Source of the DNA: Chiloscyllium plagiosum
Lineage: Eukaryota
Reading direction: 5' to 3'
Length of the DNA: 64,000 bases
Assembly: GCF_004010195.1 (NCBI RefSeq)
Contig: NC_057754.1
Location: 392,918-456,917 of the forward strand
A program made the translations under genes and the position numbers. How positions within the stretch are numbered: the stretch's first letter is position 1; each line of letters begins with the position of its first letter. Positions 26,189 through 37,709 of the stretch are shown piece by piece. Under the pieces are notes generated by a model. It made no database searches and had not been told where the DNA came from. It saw only the letters and a program-made list of their open reading frames with translations.

Positions 26189-26499
26189 GAGAGAAGATTT
26201 GTAGCTCGGGTGCTCGTTGTTCTGGTTCTGTTCGCCGAGCTGGGAATTTGTGTTGCAGACGTTTCGTGCCCTGTCTCGGTGACATCCTCAGTGCTTGGGT
26301 GCCTCCTGTGAAGCGCTTCTGTGATCTTTCCTCCGGCATTTGTAGTCCGGAAGCGGCAGATTCAAACCACTATAAATGCCGAAGGAAAGATCACAGAAGC
26401 GCTTCACAGGAGGCTCCCAAGCACTGAGGATGTCACCTCGACAGGGGACGAAACGTCTGCAACACAAATTCCCAGCTCGGCGAACAGAACCACATCAAC
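26189..26499. mobile_element. Fold-back Penelope pseudo-LTR (about 130-bp inverted arms) with a hammerhead on each strand, inserted in CR1
   Basis: Arms 26216-26346 and 26369-26499; interrupts the CR1 motif TAAA(C)CT|CTATAAGGTCACC; cores at 26255-26294 (-) and 26421-26460 (+). Confidence 0.85.
26421..26460 (+). ncRNA. Minimal type I hammerhead ribozyme motif (family B), intact core
   Basis: GCA-CUGAGGA-U-GUCACC-UCGACA-GGGGAC-GAAA-C-GUC-UGC; stem I GCA/UGC; palindromic ACGU stem III. Confidence 0.8.
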
Positions 26500-27442
26500 T
26501 CTATAAGGTCACCCCTCAGCCTCCGACGCTCCAGGGAAAACAGCCCCAGCCTGTTCAGCCTCTCCCTGTAGCTCAGATCCTCCAACCCTGGCAACATCTT
26601 TGTAAATCTTTTCTGAATCTATCAAGTTTCACAACATCTTTCTGATAGGAAGAAGACCAGAATTGCACGCAATATTCCAACAGTGGCCTAACCAATGTCC
26701 TGTACAGCCGCAACATGACCACCCAACTTCTGCACTCAATACGCTGACCAATAAAAGAAAGCATACCAAAAGCCTTCTTCACTATCCTACCCACCTGCGA
26801 CTCCACTTTCAAGGAGCTATGAACCTGCACTCCAAGGTCTCTTTGTTCAGCAACACTCCCGAAGACCTTACCATTAACTATATTACTCCTGCTAAGGTTT
26901 GCTTTCCCAAAATGCAGCACTTCACATTTAACTAAATTAAACTCCATCTGCCACTTCTCAGCCCACTGGCCCATCCGATCAAGATCCCGTTGTAATCTGA
27001 GGTAACCTTCTTCGCTGTCCACTACACCTCCAATTTTGGTGTCATCTGCAAACTTACTAACTGTACCTCTTATGCTCACATCCAAATTATTTATATAAAT
27101 GTCCAAAAGTAGAGGGCCCAGCACCGATCCTTGTGGCACTCTATTGGTCACAGGCCTCCAGTCTGAAAAGCAACCTTTCACCACCACCCTCTGTCTTCTA
27201 CCTTTGAGCCAGTTCTGTATCCGAATGGCTAGTTCTCCCTGTATTCCATGAGATGCAGCCTTGCTCACCAGTGTCCCATGGGGAACCTTGTCGAACGCCT
27301 TACTGAAGTCCAAATAGATCATCATGTCTACCGCTCTACCCTCATCAATCCTCTTTGTTACTTCCTTAAAAAATTCAATCAAGTTTGTGAGACATGGTTT
27401 CCCATGCATAAAGCCATGTTCACTATCCCTAGGCAGTACTTG

Positions 27443-30400
27443 TCATAGAGTCATAGAGATGTACAGCATGGAAACAGACCCTTCAGTCCAACCCGTCCAT
27501 GCCAACCAAATATCCTAACCCAATCTAGTCCCACCTGCCACCACCTGGCCCATATCCCTCCAAACCCTTCCTATTCATATATTCATCCAAATGCCTCTTA
27601 AATGTTGCAATTGTACCAGCCTCCATCACTTCCTCTGGCAGCTCATTCCATAAACGTATCACCTTCTGTGTGAAAAAGTTGCCCCGTAGGTCTCTTTTAT
27701 ATCTTTCCCCTCTCACCCTAAACCTATGCCCTCTAGTTTTGGACGCCCCGACCCCAGGGAAAAGACTTTGTCTATTTACCCTAACCATGCCCCTCATAAT
27801 TTTGTAAACCTCTATAAGGTCACCTCTCAGCCTCCGACGCTCCAGGGAAAACAGCCCCAGCCTGTTCAGCCTCTCCCTATAGCTCAAACCCTGGCAACAT
27901 CCTTGTAAATCTTTTCTGAACCCTTTCAAGTTTCACAACATCTTTCCGATAGGAAGGAGACCAGAATTGCACACAATATTCCAACAGAGGCCTAACCAAT
28001 GTCCTGTACAGCTGCAACATGACCTCCCAACTCCTGCACTCAATACTCTTGACCAATAAAAGAAAGCATACCAAACACCTCCTTCACTATCCTATCTACC
28101 CGTGACTCCACTTTCAAGGAGCTATGAACCTACACTCCAAGGTCTCTTTGTTCAGCAACACTCCCGAAGACCTTACCATTGAGTGTGTACGTCCTGCTAA
28201 GATTTGCTTTCCCAAAATGCAGCACCTCGCATTTATCTGAATTAAACTCCATCTGCCACTTCTCAGTCCATTGGCCCATCTGGTCCAGATCCTGCTGAAA
28301 TCTGAGATAACCCTCTTCGCTGTCCACTACACCTCCAATTTTGGTGTCATCTGCAAACTTACTAACTGTACTTCTTATGCTCGCATCCAAATCATTTATG
28401 TAAATGACAAAAAGTAGAGGACCCAGCACCAATCCTTGTGGCACTCCACTGGTCACAGGCCTCCAGTCTGAAAAACAACCGTCCACCATCACCCTCTGTG
28501 TTCTACCTTTGAGCCAGTTCTGTATCCAAATGGCTAGTTCTCCCTTTATTCCATGCGATCCAGCCTTGCTAACCAATCTCCCATGTGGAACCTTGTCAAA
28601 CGCCTTACTGAAGTCCATATAGATCACATCTACAGCTCTGCCCTCATCAATCCTCTTTGTTACTTCCTCAAAAAGCTCAGTTCAAGTTTGTGAGACGTGA
28701 TTTCCCACAGACAAAGCAATGTTGACTATTCCTAATCAGTCCGTGCCTTTCCAAATACATGTACATCCTGTCCCTCAAGATTCCCTCCAACAACATGCCC
28801 ACTACCAATGTCAGGCTCACTGGTCTACAGTTCCCTGGCTTGTCCTTACCACCTTTCTTAAACAGTGGCACCACGTTAGCCAACCTCCAGTCTTTCCACA
28901 CCTCACCTGTGACTATCGATAATACAAACATCTCAGCAAGAGGCCCAGCAATCACTTCTCTAGCTTCCCACAGAATTCTAGGGTACATCTGATCAGGTCC
29001 TGGGGATGTTTCCAACTTTATGCGTTTCAAGACATTCAGCACCTACTCCTCTGAAATATGGACATTTTTTCAAGATGTCACCATCTATTTTCCTACATTC
29101 TATATCTTCCATGTCCTTTTCCATCATAAATATAGATGTGAAATACTTGTTTTGTATCTGCCCCCTCTCCTGCAGCTCCACACAAAGGACGCCTTGCTGA
29201 TCTTTGAGGGGACCTATTCTCTACATAGTTACCCTTTTGTCCTTAATGTATTTGTAAAAACCCTTTGAATTCTCCTTAACTCTATTTGCCAAAGCTATTT
29301 CATGTCCCCTTTTTGCCCTCCTGATTTCTCTCTTCAGAACATTCCTACTGCCTTTACCCTCTTCTAAGGATTCACTCGATCTTTCCTGTCAATACTTGAC
29401 ATATGCTTCCTTCTTTTTCTTAACCAAACACTCAATTTCTTTAGTCATCCAGCATTCCCTATACCTCCTGGCCTTTCCTTTCACCCTAACAGAAATATAC
29501 TTTCTCTGGACTCTCATTATCTCATTTCTGAAGGCTTCCCATTTTCCAGCCATCTCTTTACCTGCGAACATCAGCCCCCAATCAGCTTTTGAAAGTTCTT
29601 GTCTAATAATGTCAAAATTGGCCTTCCTCCAGTTGAGAACTTTTAGATCTGGTCTATCCTTTTCCTATTTTAAAACTAATAGAATTATGGTCGCTGGCCC
29701 CAAAGTGCTCCCCCACTGACACCTCAGTCTCCTGCCCTGCCTTATTTCCCAAAAGTAGGTCAAGTTTTGCACCTTCTCTAGTAGGTACATCCACATACTG
29801 AACCAGAAAATTTTCTTGTATACACTTAAAAAATTCCTCTCCATCTAAACCCTTAACACTATGGAAGTCCCAGTCTATGTTTGGAAAGTTAAAATCCCCT
29901 ACCATAACCACCCTATTATTTTTACAGATAGCTGAGATCTCCTTACAAGTTTGTTTCTCAATTTTCCTCTGATTATTAGGAGGTATATAATACAATCCCA
30001 ATAATGTGACCATCCCTTTCTTATTTCTCAGTTCCACCCAAATAACTTCCCTGGATGTATTTCTGGGAATATCCTCCCTCAGTACAGCTGTAATGCTATC
30101 CCTTATCAAAAATGCCACTCCCCCTCCTCTCTTACCTCACTTTCTGTCCTTCCTGTAGCATTTGTACCCTGGAACATTAAACTGCCAGTCCTGTCCGTCC
30201 CTGAGCCATGCTTCTGTAATTGCTATGATATCCCAGTCCCATGTTCCTAACCATGCTCTGAGTTCATCTGCCTTCCCTGTTAGGCCTCTTGCATTGAAAT
30301 AAATGCACTTTAATTTATCAGTCCTACCTTATTCTCTGCTTTGTCCCTACTTGCCCTGACTGTTTGACTCACGTTTGTTCTCAACTATACCAGTCTCAGA

Positions 30401-32275
30401 CTAAAATCTTTCCTCACTATCTCCCTGGGTTCCCCCCCCCCATTTTAATAGTTTAAATCCTCTCATGCAGCACTACCAAATCTCCTTGCCAGTATATTAG
30501 TTCCCTTCCAATTTAGGTGCAATCTGTCCTTCTTGTACAGGTCACTTCTACCCCAAAAAAAGCTTTTAATGATCCAAAAATGTGAATCCTTCTCCCGTAT
30601 ACCAGCTCCTCAGCCATGCATTCATCTGCTCTATCTTCTTATTTCTGCCCTCAGTAGCTTGTAGCAACGGGAGTAATCCAGATAATACTGTTCTCGAGAA
30701 CCTCCTTTTTAAATTCCTGTCTAACTCTCTGTAATCATTTTCAGAATCTCAACCTATTCCCTTCTTATGTCGTTGGTTCCAATGTGTACAATGATCTCCT
30801 GCTGTTCCCTCTCACCCTTGAGAACATTCTGCACCCTCTCTGAGACATCCTTGATCCTAGCACCAGGGAAGCAACACACCATGCTGGTTTTTTGCTGCTG
30901 GCCACAGAAACGTCTGTCTGTACCTCGGACTAGAGAGTACCCTAACACAATCGATCACTTGGAACCCGACGCACCTCTGATTACAATAGAGCCAGTCTCA
31001 ATACCAGAAACTTGGCTGTTCGTGCTATGTTCCCCTGAGAATCCATCACCCCCTACATTTTCCAGAACAGCATATTGTTTGAAATGGGGATAGCCACAGA
31101 AGACTCCTGCACCACCTACCTACCTCTCTTACCTTTCCTGGAGTTAACCCATCTATGTGACTGTATCTAAGACTTTCCCCCCTTCCTGTCATCCATCAAT
31201 TCCCCTTGCTCTTGTAAATTCCTCATTGCCTCGAACAGCCTCTCCAACTGATCCATTCGATCTGATAGGATTCGCAACCAACAGCATTCATTGCAGATAA
31301 CCTGCAAATTCAGTAACCCGTAAACTCTCCCTAAACTCCCACATCCAACAAGAAGAACATATCAATGTGGGCAGCACGGTGGCTCAGTGGTTAGCACTGC
31401 TGCCTCACAGCACTAGGGTCCCAGGTTTGATTCCAGCCTCGGGCGACTGTGTGGAGTTTGCACATTTTCCCCGTGTCTGCGTGGGTTTTCTCCAGGTGTT
31501 CCAGTTTCCTCCCACAATCCAAAGATGTGCAAATCAGGTGAATTAGCCATGCTAAATTACCCATAGTGTTAGGTGCTTTAGTCAGAGGGGAAATGGGTCT
31601 GGGTGGGTTACTCTTCAGAGGGTCGGTAAGGACTGGTTGGGCCGAAGGGCCTGTTTCCACACTGTAGGGCATCTAATCTAATCTAGTAATGGCCATTTTT
31701 GCTTCTTTCAATCTACATACCCAGAAAATAGCACTGTCTTATTCCTCTACAAAACACTGCTCCAGATTAAATTAATACTTATGGCTTATATTTTAAGTTT
31801 AATCAAGAGACATAGCTCAATAAAACATATAATCAAGAAAGATCCCACTTTACTTACTACTATAGACTTATCTACTTTTGTGCTGTGACCTCGCCCAGAC
31901 AGGTTCCTCCAAGATCAGTTGTGAATTTCACAGTTTTTAATTTTCCCAGACATAGTCTGATGTCCAGTGATACATTAATTCAACAGCAAAGGCAGTAACT
32001 GCTAACTCTGTCAGTTAGCAATGTGAGTTTCTTTCTCTCTCCTGCACTGACCTCACAATGTGCTTCCTTTGTTTGTTCTTCTCCCTTTTAAACGGCTGTT
32101 GTTTTGACTATTTTTTTCTCCAAAGTTCCAAAACAATGCAACAGCATATAAAACAGTAATTGCTGCTCCTGGAATTCGAGGAAATCACCTCCAAACCCTA
32201 AAATACCTCAAAAAAGGAGCTACTGTTACAGCCAGAAATTTTTCCCGTCCTCCATCTTGGATTACTCAGAATCCT
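27443..32275 (-). mobile_element. Near-full-length CR1 LINE (5' UTR, ORF1 with esterase domain, ORF2 APE + RT; frameshifted)
   Basis: ORF1 VCCFPGARIKDV...IIVHIGTNDI (30754-30948); APE VMVGDFNFPNIDW...LDLLL...GASDHN (29654-30118); RT 28130-29042; 3' end 27525-28074; (CTCTATGA)n tail at ~27445. Confidence 0.93.
31369..31685 (+). mobile_element. HE1-type SINE inserted in CR1 ORF1
   Basis: GGGCAGCACGGTGGCTCAGTGGTTAGCACTGC, B box GGTTTGATTCC, tail CTAATCTAATCTA. Confidence 0.88.
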
Positions 32276-33630
32276 GTACCAGCATTTGGCCCATATCTCT
32301 CTAAACCCTTCCTATTCATATACCCTTCCAGATGTCTTTTAAATGTTGTAATTGTACCAGCCTTCACAACATCTTCTGGCAGCTCATTCCATGCATGCAC
32401 CACACTTCACAAGAAAAAGTTGCCTCTTAGGCACCTTTTAAATCTTTCCCCTCTTACCTAAACCTATGCCCTCTAGTTCTAGATTCTCCCACCCCAGGGA
32501 AAAGACCTTATCTTTTTACACTATCCATGCCTCCCATGATTTTATAAACCTCTATAAGGTCACCCCTTAGCTTCCTATACTCCAGGGACCATACATGAGT
32601 TTACTGAACCTTTTGCATTGGGGCATCCACTTGCATAGGTCTGAAACTCTTGGCATTGATCGCTATGCATTTGAGAAAATTCTGCCATTTCTGAAACAAA
32701 CCTAAACCAAATACTTTGATGAGAAACAGGTGATATGCCAACTAGGTTCCTGTATGAAACTGCTTCCTGTTGTGCTATACCCACCAGAGGTTAATGTTTT
32801 CAGCAACACAGGAGCAGAATCAAGCCTGTCAACTCCTCTAACCTGCTGAGCCATTCAAAATCATGACTTATTGTCCACCTTGATGCTATATTCCCAAGGG
32901 ATTCCTATATGCCTTGAAATCATGAGTAACTACAAATCTATCAATCTCTGTCTTGAAATCACCAAATGATGGAGCTTCCACAGACCTCCAAGAAAAAGAT
33001 TTCCAAAGATTTATCACCCTCTGAGTGAAGTTGGTCCTACTCATCTCACTCATAAATGGTCTGCCCCCTTACTATGACACTATCCCCTGTCTAGATACCA
33101 CAGCCAGGGAAAATATTATTTCTGCATTTACTCTGTCAATCTCTGTCAAGAATTTTGTAAGTTTCTAAGAGACTGCCTTGTTTCTCAAAATACCAGAGTG
33201 TACAGGAGCAAGTTCCTTAACAGGACAGTACCATCATCCCAGGGAAACACAGGATATCTTTCCATGGGCAAGGAGACTAGAATAGTACACAATACTCAGA
33301 AGTAGTCTCACATTGTAATTGTAGTAAGATACTTTTACTCCTATACTCAAATAACATTGTGATACAGGCCAATATACCTTTGTGTCTTCCTAATTGTTTC
33401 CTGCACCTGCATGTTAGCTTTCGTGACTTCATTTTCGACAAGTCCCTTTAGACATCCATACTTCCTAAATACGTATTTAAAAAATACATTGCATTTCTGT
33501 TTTCTCTACCAAAGTTGATAACCTCACCTTTTACCACATTATATTCCATTTGCCATATTCCTGTCCATTCACTGACCCTATCCAAAACCCCTTGAAACCT
33601 CTCTGCAGCCTCATCACAACTTTGATTCCC
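32276..33630 (-). mobile_element. Older CR1 fragments (32276-32590 continues the tail that starts at ~25516)
   Basis: CCAGCATTTGGCCCATATC... resumes the tail broken at 25603; LDRVSEW-x2-IWQMEYNV at 33448-33639. Confidence 0.7.
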
Positions 33631-35359
33631 TTGTGGCACTATTGCTAATTTATTAATCTAGAGAACAAAAAGATTTCTGTTTCTGTTTCAGATTTCCAGA
33701 GAACTGCAGATGCTGGAAATGTGAAACAGAATCAGAAATGTCAGGAGTACCTCAGTCGATCTGGCAGCATCTATGGAGAAAAAACAGACCCAACCTTTCA
33801 GGTCCAGTGACCCTTTTTCAGTACAAAGATAGCTTACTGAGGTTTTCTAGCAATTTCTGTTTTTGTATTAATGCAGAGACGCTGGTAATGTTGTGGGGAT
33901 TCGGGTTCAAATTCCCCTACAACAGATTGTAGTATTTGAATTCACTAAAAATCTGGAATAAAAAGCCCATGGTGAACATGAAACTGCTGTTGACTATCAG
34001 GAAAACCCAACTGTTTCATTCATGCCGTTTGGGAAAGGACAAAGTCAGCAGTCACATGACAACAGGTTATGGTCCAACAGATTTATTTAAATCACAAGCT
34101 TTCAGAATGCTGCTCATCATCTTATGATGGCACAACATTCAGCACCGTTCACAACTTCTCAGATATCCAAGCAGTCTGTGTTCAAAAGTATCAAGGCTCG
34201 GACAATGTCCAGAATTGGACTGTCAACTAGAAAGTAATATTCATGACACACAAGTGTAATAACAGAGAGTCTCACCATCAGCTCTTAATATTTTACCTAC
34301 ATTACAATTCTACATGCCCTTGCAACTACATTCAAAAGGGGTTATCACTGATCAGAAATTGAACCAGCCAGTTAAATACTGTGGCTAAAAGAGGATGCTA
34401 GAGATTAAGAATTCTGCAGAAAGTAACTGATGTCTCATTCTGTCCACCATCTACAGCTCACGAAGCAAAGAATACTCTTCCACTTGCCAGATGACTGTAA
34501 TTCCTACTACAGTCAAGAAGCTCAGCATCATGCAGGACAAGACAGCCCATTTGATTGGCAATCATTTACCATCTTTAACATGCACTTTCTTCACTATCAG
34601 AGCACAGTGGCATCAATAAGAACCATTTACAAGATATACTGTAGTAAATCACCAAGACTGCTTTCAACAGCAACTTACAGGCGATGCGATGTCAATCATC
34701 GAGAAGAACAAGGACAACAGACGCATGGGAACACCATGCATGTTTCCCTCTGAGACACACACCACCCTGACTTGGAACTGTATCTACATTTGGGGAACTA
34801 GAATGTCAACTATATTCATTATCACTGCGTGAAAATTCTGAAACTCCCTCACTAACAGCACTGAGTGTGCATCAACACCCAAAAGATTGCAAGTGGTTCA
34901 ATAAAGTAGATCAGTGTCATCTCCTCAGGAGCAATTTGGGAATTAGGAGCGGACGACAAATGTCTATCTTTCCAGTAACACTTGCTAACTATAAAAGAGT
35001 TTTTTTTTAATTTTTAAAAGATGGTTCAGGAGGATCAGATATCAGGACATGAGATTAGGCATGATAGAACTACTTAAAATAGCAAAACTATTAAAGCAAT
35101 CAAAGAAGATAATGCCCTTGGTCTCAACAGAATGAAATATATGAATTTTAAAAGTATCTCAAGAAGAAATATAGAAGCAATATTACACACAGAGAAGGTT
35201 GCAGTATAGAGTTAGATAGATAACAACATATTTAAGAAGGAATATAGTGCATAACATAGGAACTATCAAGCAGCTTAAATATTGATGGTGGGGAAAATAA
35301 TGAAATCCCTGCTAAAGAAAAAAGCAGGAAAGTGTCCAAAACAAGTTTTCAAAATGTCA

Positions 35360-37020
35360 GGTCTCATGTCAGGTAGCCAGGAAGGATCTGAAGAGAGAGC
35401 TAAGAGCAGCAAGGAGGGGACATGAAAAGCCCTTAGTTGGTAGGATTAGGGAAAAACCGAAGGCTTTCTATAGGTATGTCAGCAATAAAAGAATGACGAG
35501 GGTAGGAATAGGTCCAGTCAAGGAGAGTAGTGGGAAGTTGCGTGTGGAGGCTGAAGAGATTGGGGAGACACTGAATGAATACTTTCCGTCAGTATTCACA
35601 CAGGAACAGGACATTGTTGTCGATGTGANNNNNNNNNNNNNNNNNNNNNNNNNNNNNNNNNNNNNNNNNNNNNNNNNNNNNNNNNNNNNNNNNNNNNNNN
35701 NNNNNNNNNNNNNNNNNNNNNNNNNNNNNNNNNNNNNNNNNNNNNNNNNNNNNNNNNNNNNNNNNNNNNNNNNNNNNNNNNNNNNNNNNNNNNNNNNNNN
35801 NNNNNNNNNNNNNNNNNNNNNNNNNNNNNNNNNNNNNNNNNNNNNNNNNNNNNNNNNNNNNNNNNNNNNNNNNNNNNNNNNNNNNNNNNNNNNNNNNNNN
35901 NNNNNNNNNNNNNNNNNNNNNNNNNNNNNNNNNNNNNNNNNNNNNNNNNNNNNNNNNNNNNNNNNNNNNNNNNNNNNNNNNNNNNNNNNNNNNNNNNNNN
36001 NNNNNNNNNNNNNNNNNNNNNNNNNNNNNNNNNNNNNNNNNNNNNNNNNNNNNNNNNNNNNNNNNNNNNNNNNNNNNNNNNNNNNNNNNNNNNNNNNNNN
36101 NNNNNNNNNNNNNNNNNNNNNNNNNNNNNNNNNNNNNNNNNNNNNNNNNNNNNNNNNNNNNNNNNNNNNNNNNNNNNNNNNNNNNNNNNNNNNNNNNNNN
36201 NNNNNNNNNNNNNNNNNNNNNNNNNNNNNNNNNNNNNNNNNNNNNNNNNNNNNNNNNNNNNNNNNNNNNNNNNNNNNNNNNNNNNNNNNNNNNNNNNNNN
36301 NNNNNNNNNNNNNNNNNNNNNNNNNNNNNNNNNNNNNNNNNNNNNNNNNNNNNNNNNNNNNNNNNNNNNNNNNNNNNNNNNNNNNNNNNNNNNNNNNNNN
36401 NNNNNNNNNNNNNNNNNNNNNNNNNNNNNNNNNNNNNNNNNNNNNNNNNNNNNNNNNNNNNNNNNNNNNNNNNNNNNNNNNNNNNNNNNNNNNNNNNNNN
36501 NNNNNNNNNNNNNNNNNNNNNNNNNNNNNNNNNNNNNNNNNNNNNNNNNNNNNNNNNNNNNNNNGGTGCAGAGGAGTTTTACCAGGATGTTGCCTGGTAT
36601 GGTAGGAAGATCGTATGAGGAAAGGCTGAGGCACTTGGGGCTGTTTTCATTGGAGAAAAGAAGGTTTAGGGATGACTTGATAGAGGTGTACAAGATAATT
36701 GGGGTTTAGATAGCTTTGACCATGAGAACCTTTTTCCACGTATGGAGTCAGCTATTACGAGGGAGCATAGCTTTAAATTAAGGGGTGATAGGTATAGGAC
36801 AGATGTTAGGGGTAGATTCTTTACTCAGCGAGTCGTGAGTTCATGGAATGCCCTGCCAGTAGCAGTGGTGGACTCTCCCTCTTTATGGGCATTTAAACGG
36901 GCATTGGATAGGCATATGGAGGATAGTGGGTTAGTGTAGGTTAGGTGGGCTTGGATCGGCACAACATCGAGGGCCAAAGAGCCTGTACTGCGCTGTATTT
37001 TTCTATGTTCTATGTTCTAT
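35360..37020 (+). mobile_element. CR1 LINE spanning an assembly gap
   Basis: IGPVKESSGKL...LNEYFPSVFTQE before the gap; RFFTQRVVSSWNALP after it; (TTCTATG)n tail at 37001-37020. Confidence 0.88.
35629..36564. other. Assembly gap (936 N)
   Basis: Run of N. Confidence 1.
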
Positions 37021-37709
37021 TTGTTCAACCTTACTGAACTTTTTGAAGCGGTAACAAAGGGTAGACAAGGGTAATGAAATAAAGGTAATCTGTGTTTCTA
37101 AAAAGCCATTGAAACTGAAAATGTATATTGACAGATTTTTGTTTACCAAAGGTATGGGGCAATGATGGGATCAAGTTTCTGATCAACCGTGATCTCATTA
37201 AATGGTGATGCACACTCTTGGTTGCCACATAATTAAGATAAATGAACAAGGTTGAAGCATGTGAAATTGTGACAAGTAGCAGAAAGGATAGCAAGCAATG
37301 TAGAGGTAAAAGGTACCTATTCAGAATTACAGCTGACTCCCACAAAACCATTATTGTTTACAATACATATTAATGATTTAGACTTCCGAATCAAAAACAG
37401 TTTCTAAATTTGAGAATGATGTAGGAATTTGAATTCATTAAAGGAAAAGAACACAAACACTGTGGCTAATTTCTGGATGGATAGAATTGAAAAGTTGGTA
37501 TGTTACACTGAGCTTATTAGAGCACAGTTGGAATGCTATACTGTATACAGTTCAGGTCACCTTTTAATAAAAGAGTTACAGAAGCACTGGAAAAGATTTT
37601 AAAAATTGCATGGATGGTACTGGAACAAAAGGTGAAATCTTGAGGATGATAAACAGGCTAGATAAGCATTCTCATATAATGTCTATTGTAAATACCAGGA
37701 GTATTACAA

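Larger units (their letters stand above)
25834..27440 (-). mobile_element. Young 5'-truncated CR1 LINE (RT domain, 278-aa open stretch)
   Basis: ORF 26573-27409: CLTNLIEFF...YLDFSKAFDKVPH...VPQGSVLGPLL...KFADDTKIGG...LVRPLLEYCVQFW. Confidence 0.93.

Noticed and set aside
26573..27409. 278-aa reverse transcriptase ORF as an active or domesticated gene
   Set aside because: It is a 5'-truncated CR1 lacking the endonuclease, frameshifted at the 3' end and interrupted by a Penelope insertion.
31369..31445. tRNA-like sequence with A and B boxes (also at the other SINE heads)
   Set aside because: These are SINE heads continuing into a shared body and (TAATC)n tail, not tRNA genes.
35468..36693. 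ORFs of 365-388 aa in the ORF track
   Set aside because: Artefact of the 936-N gap inside a CR1.
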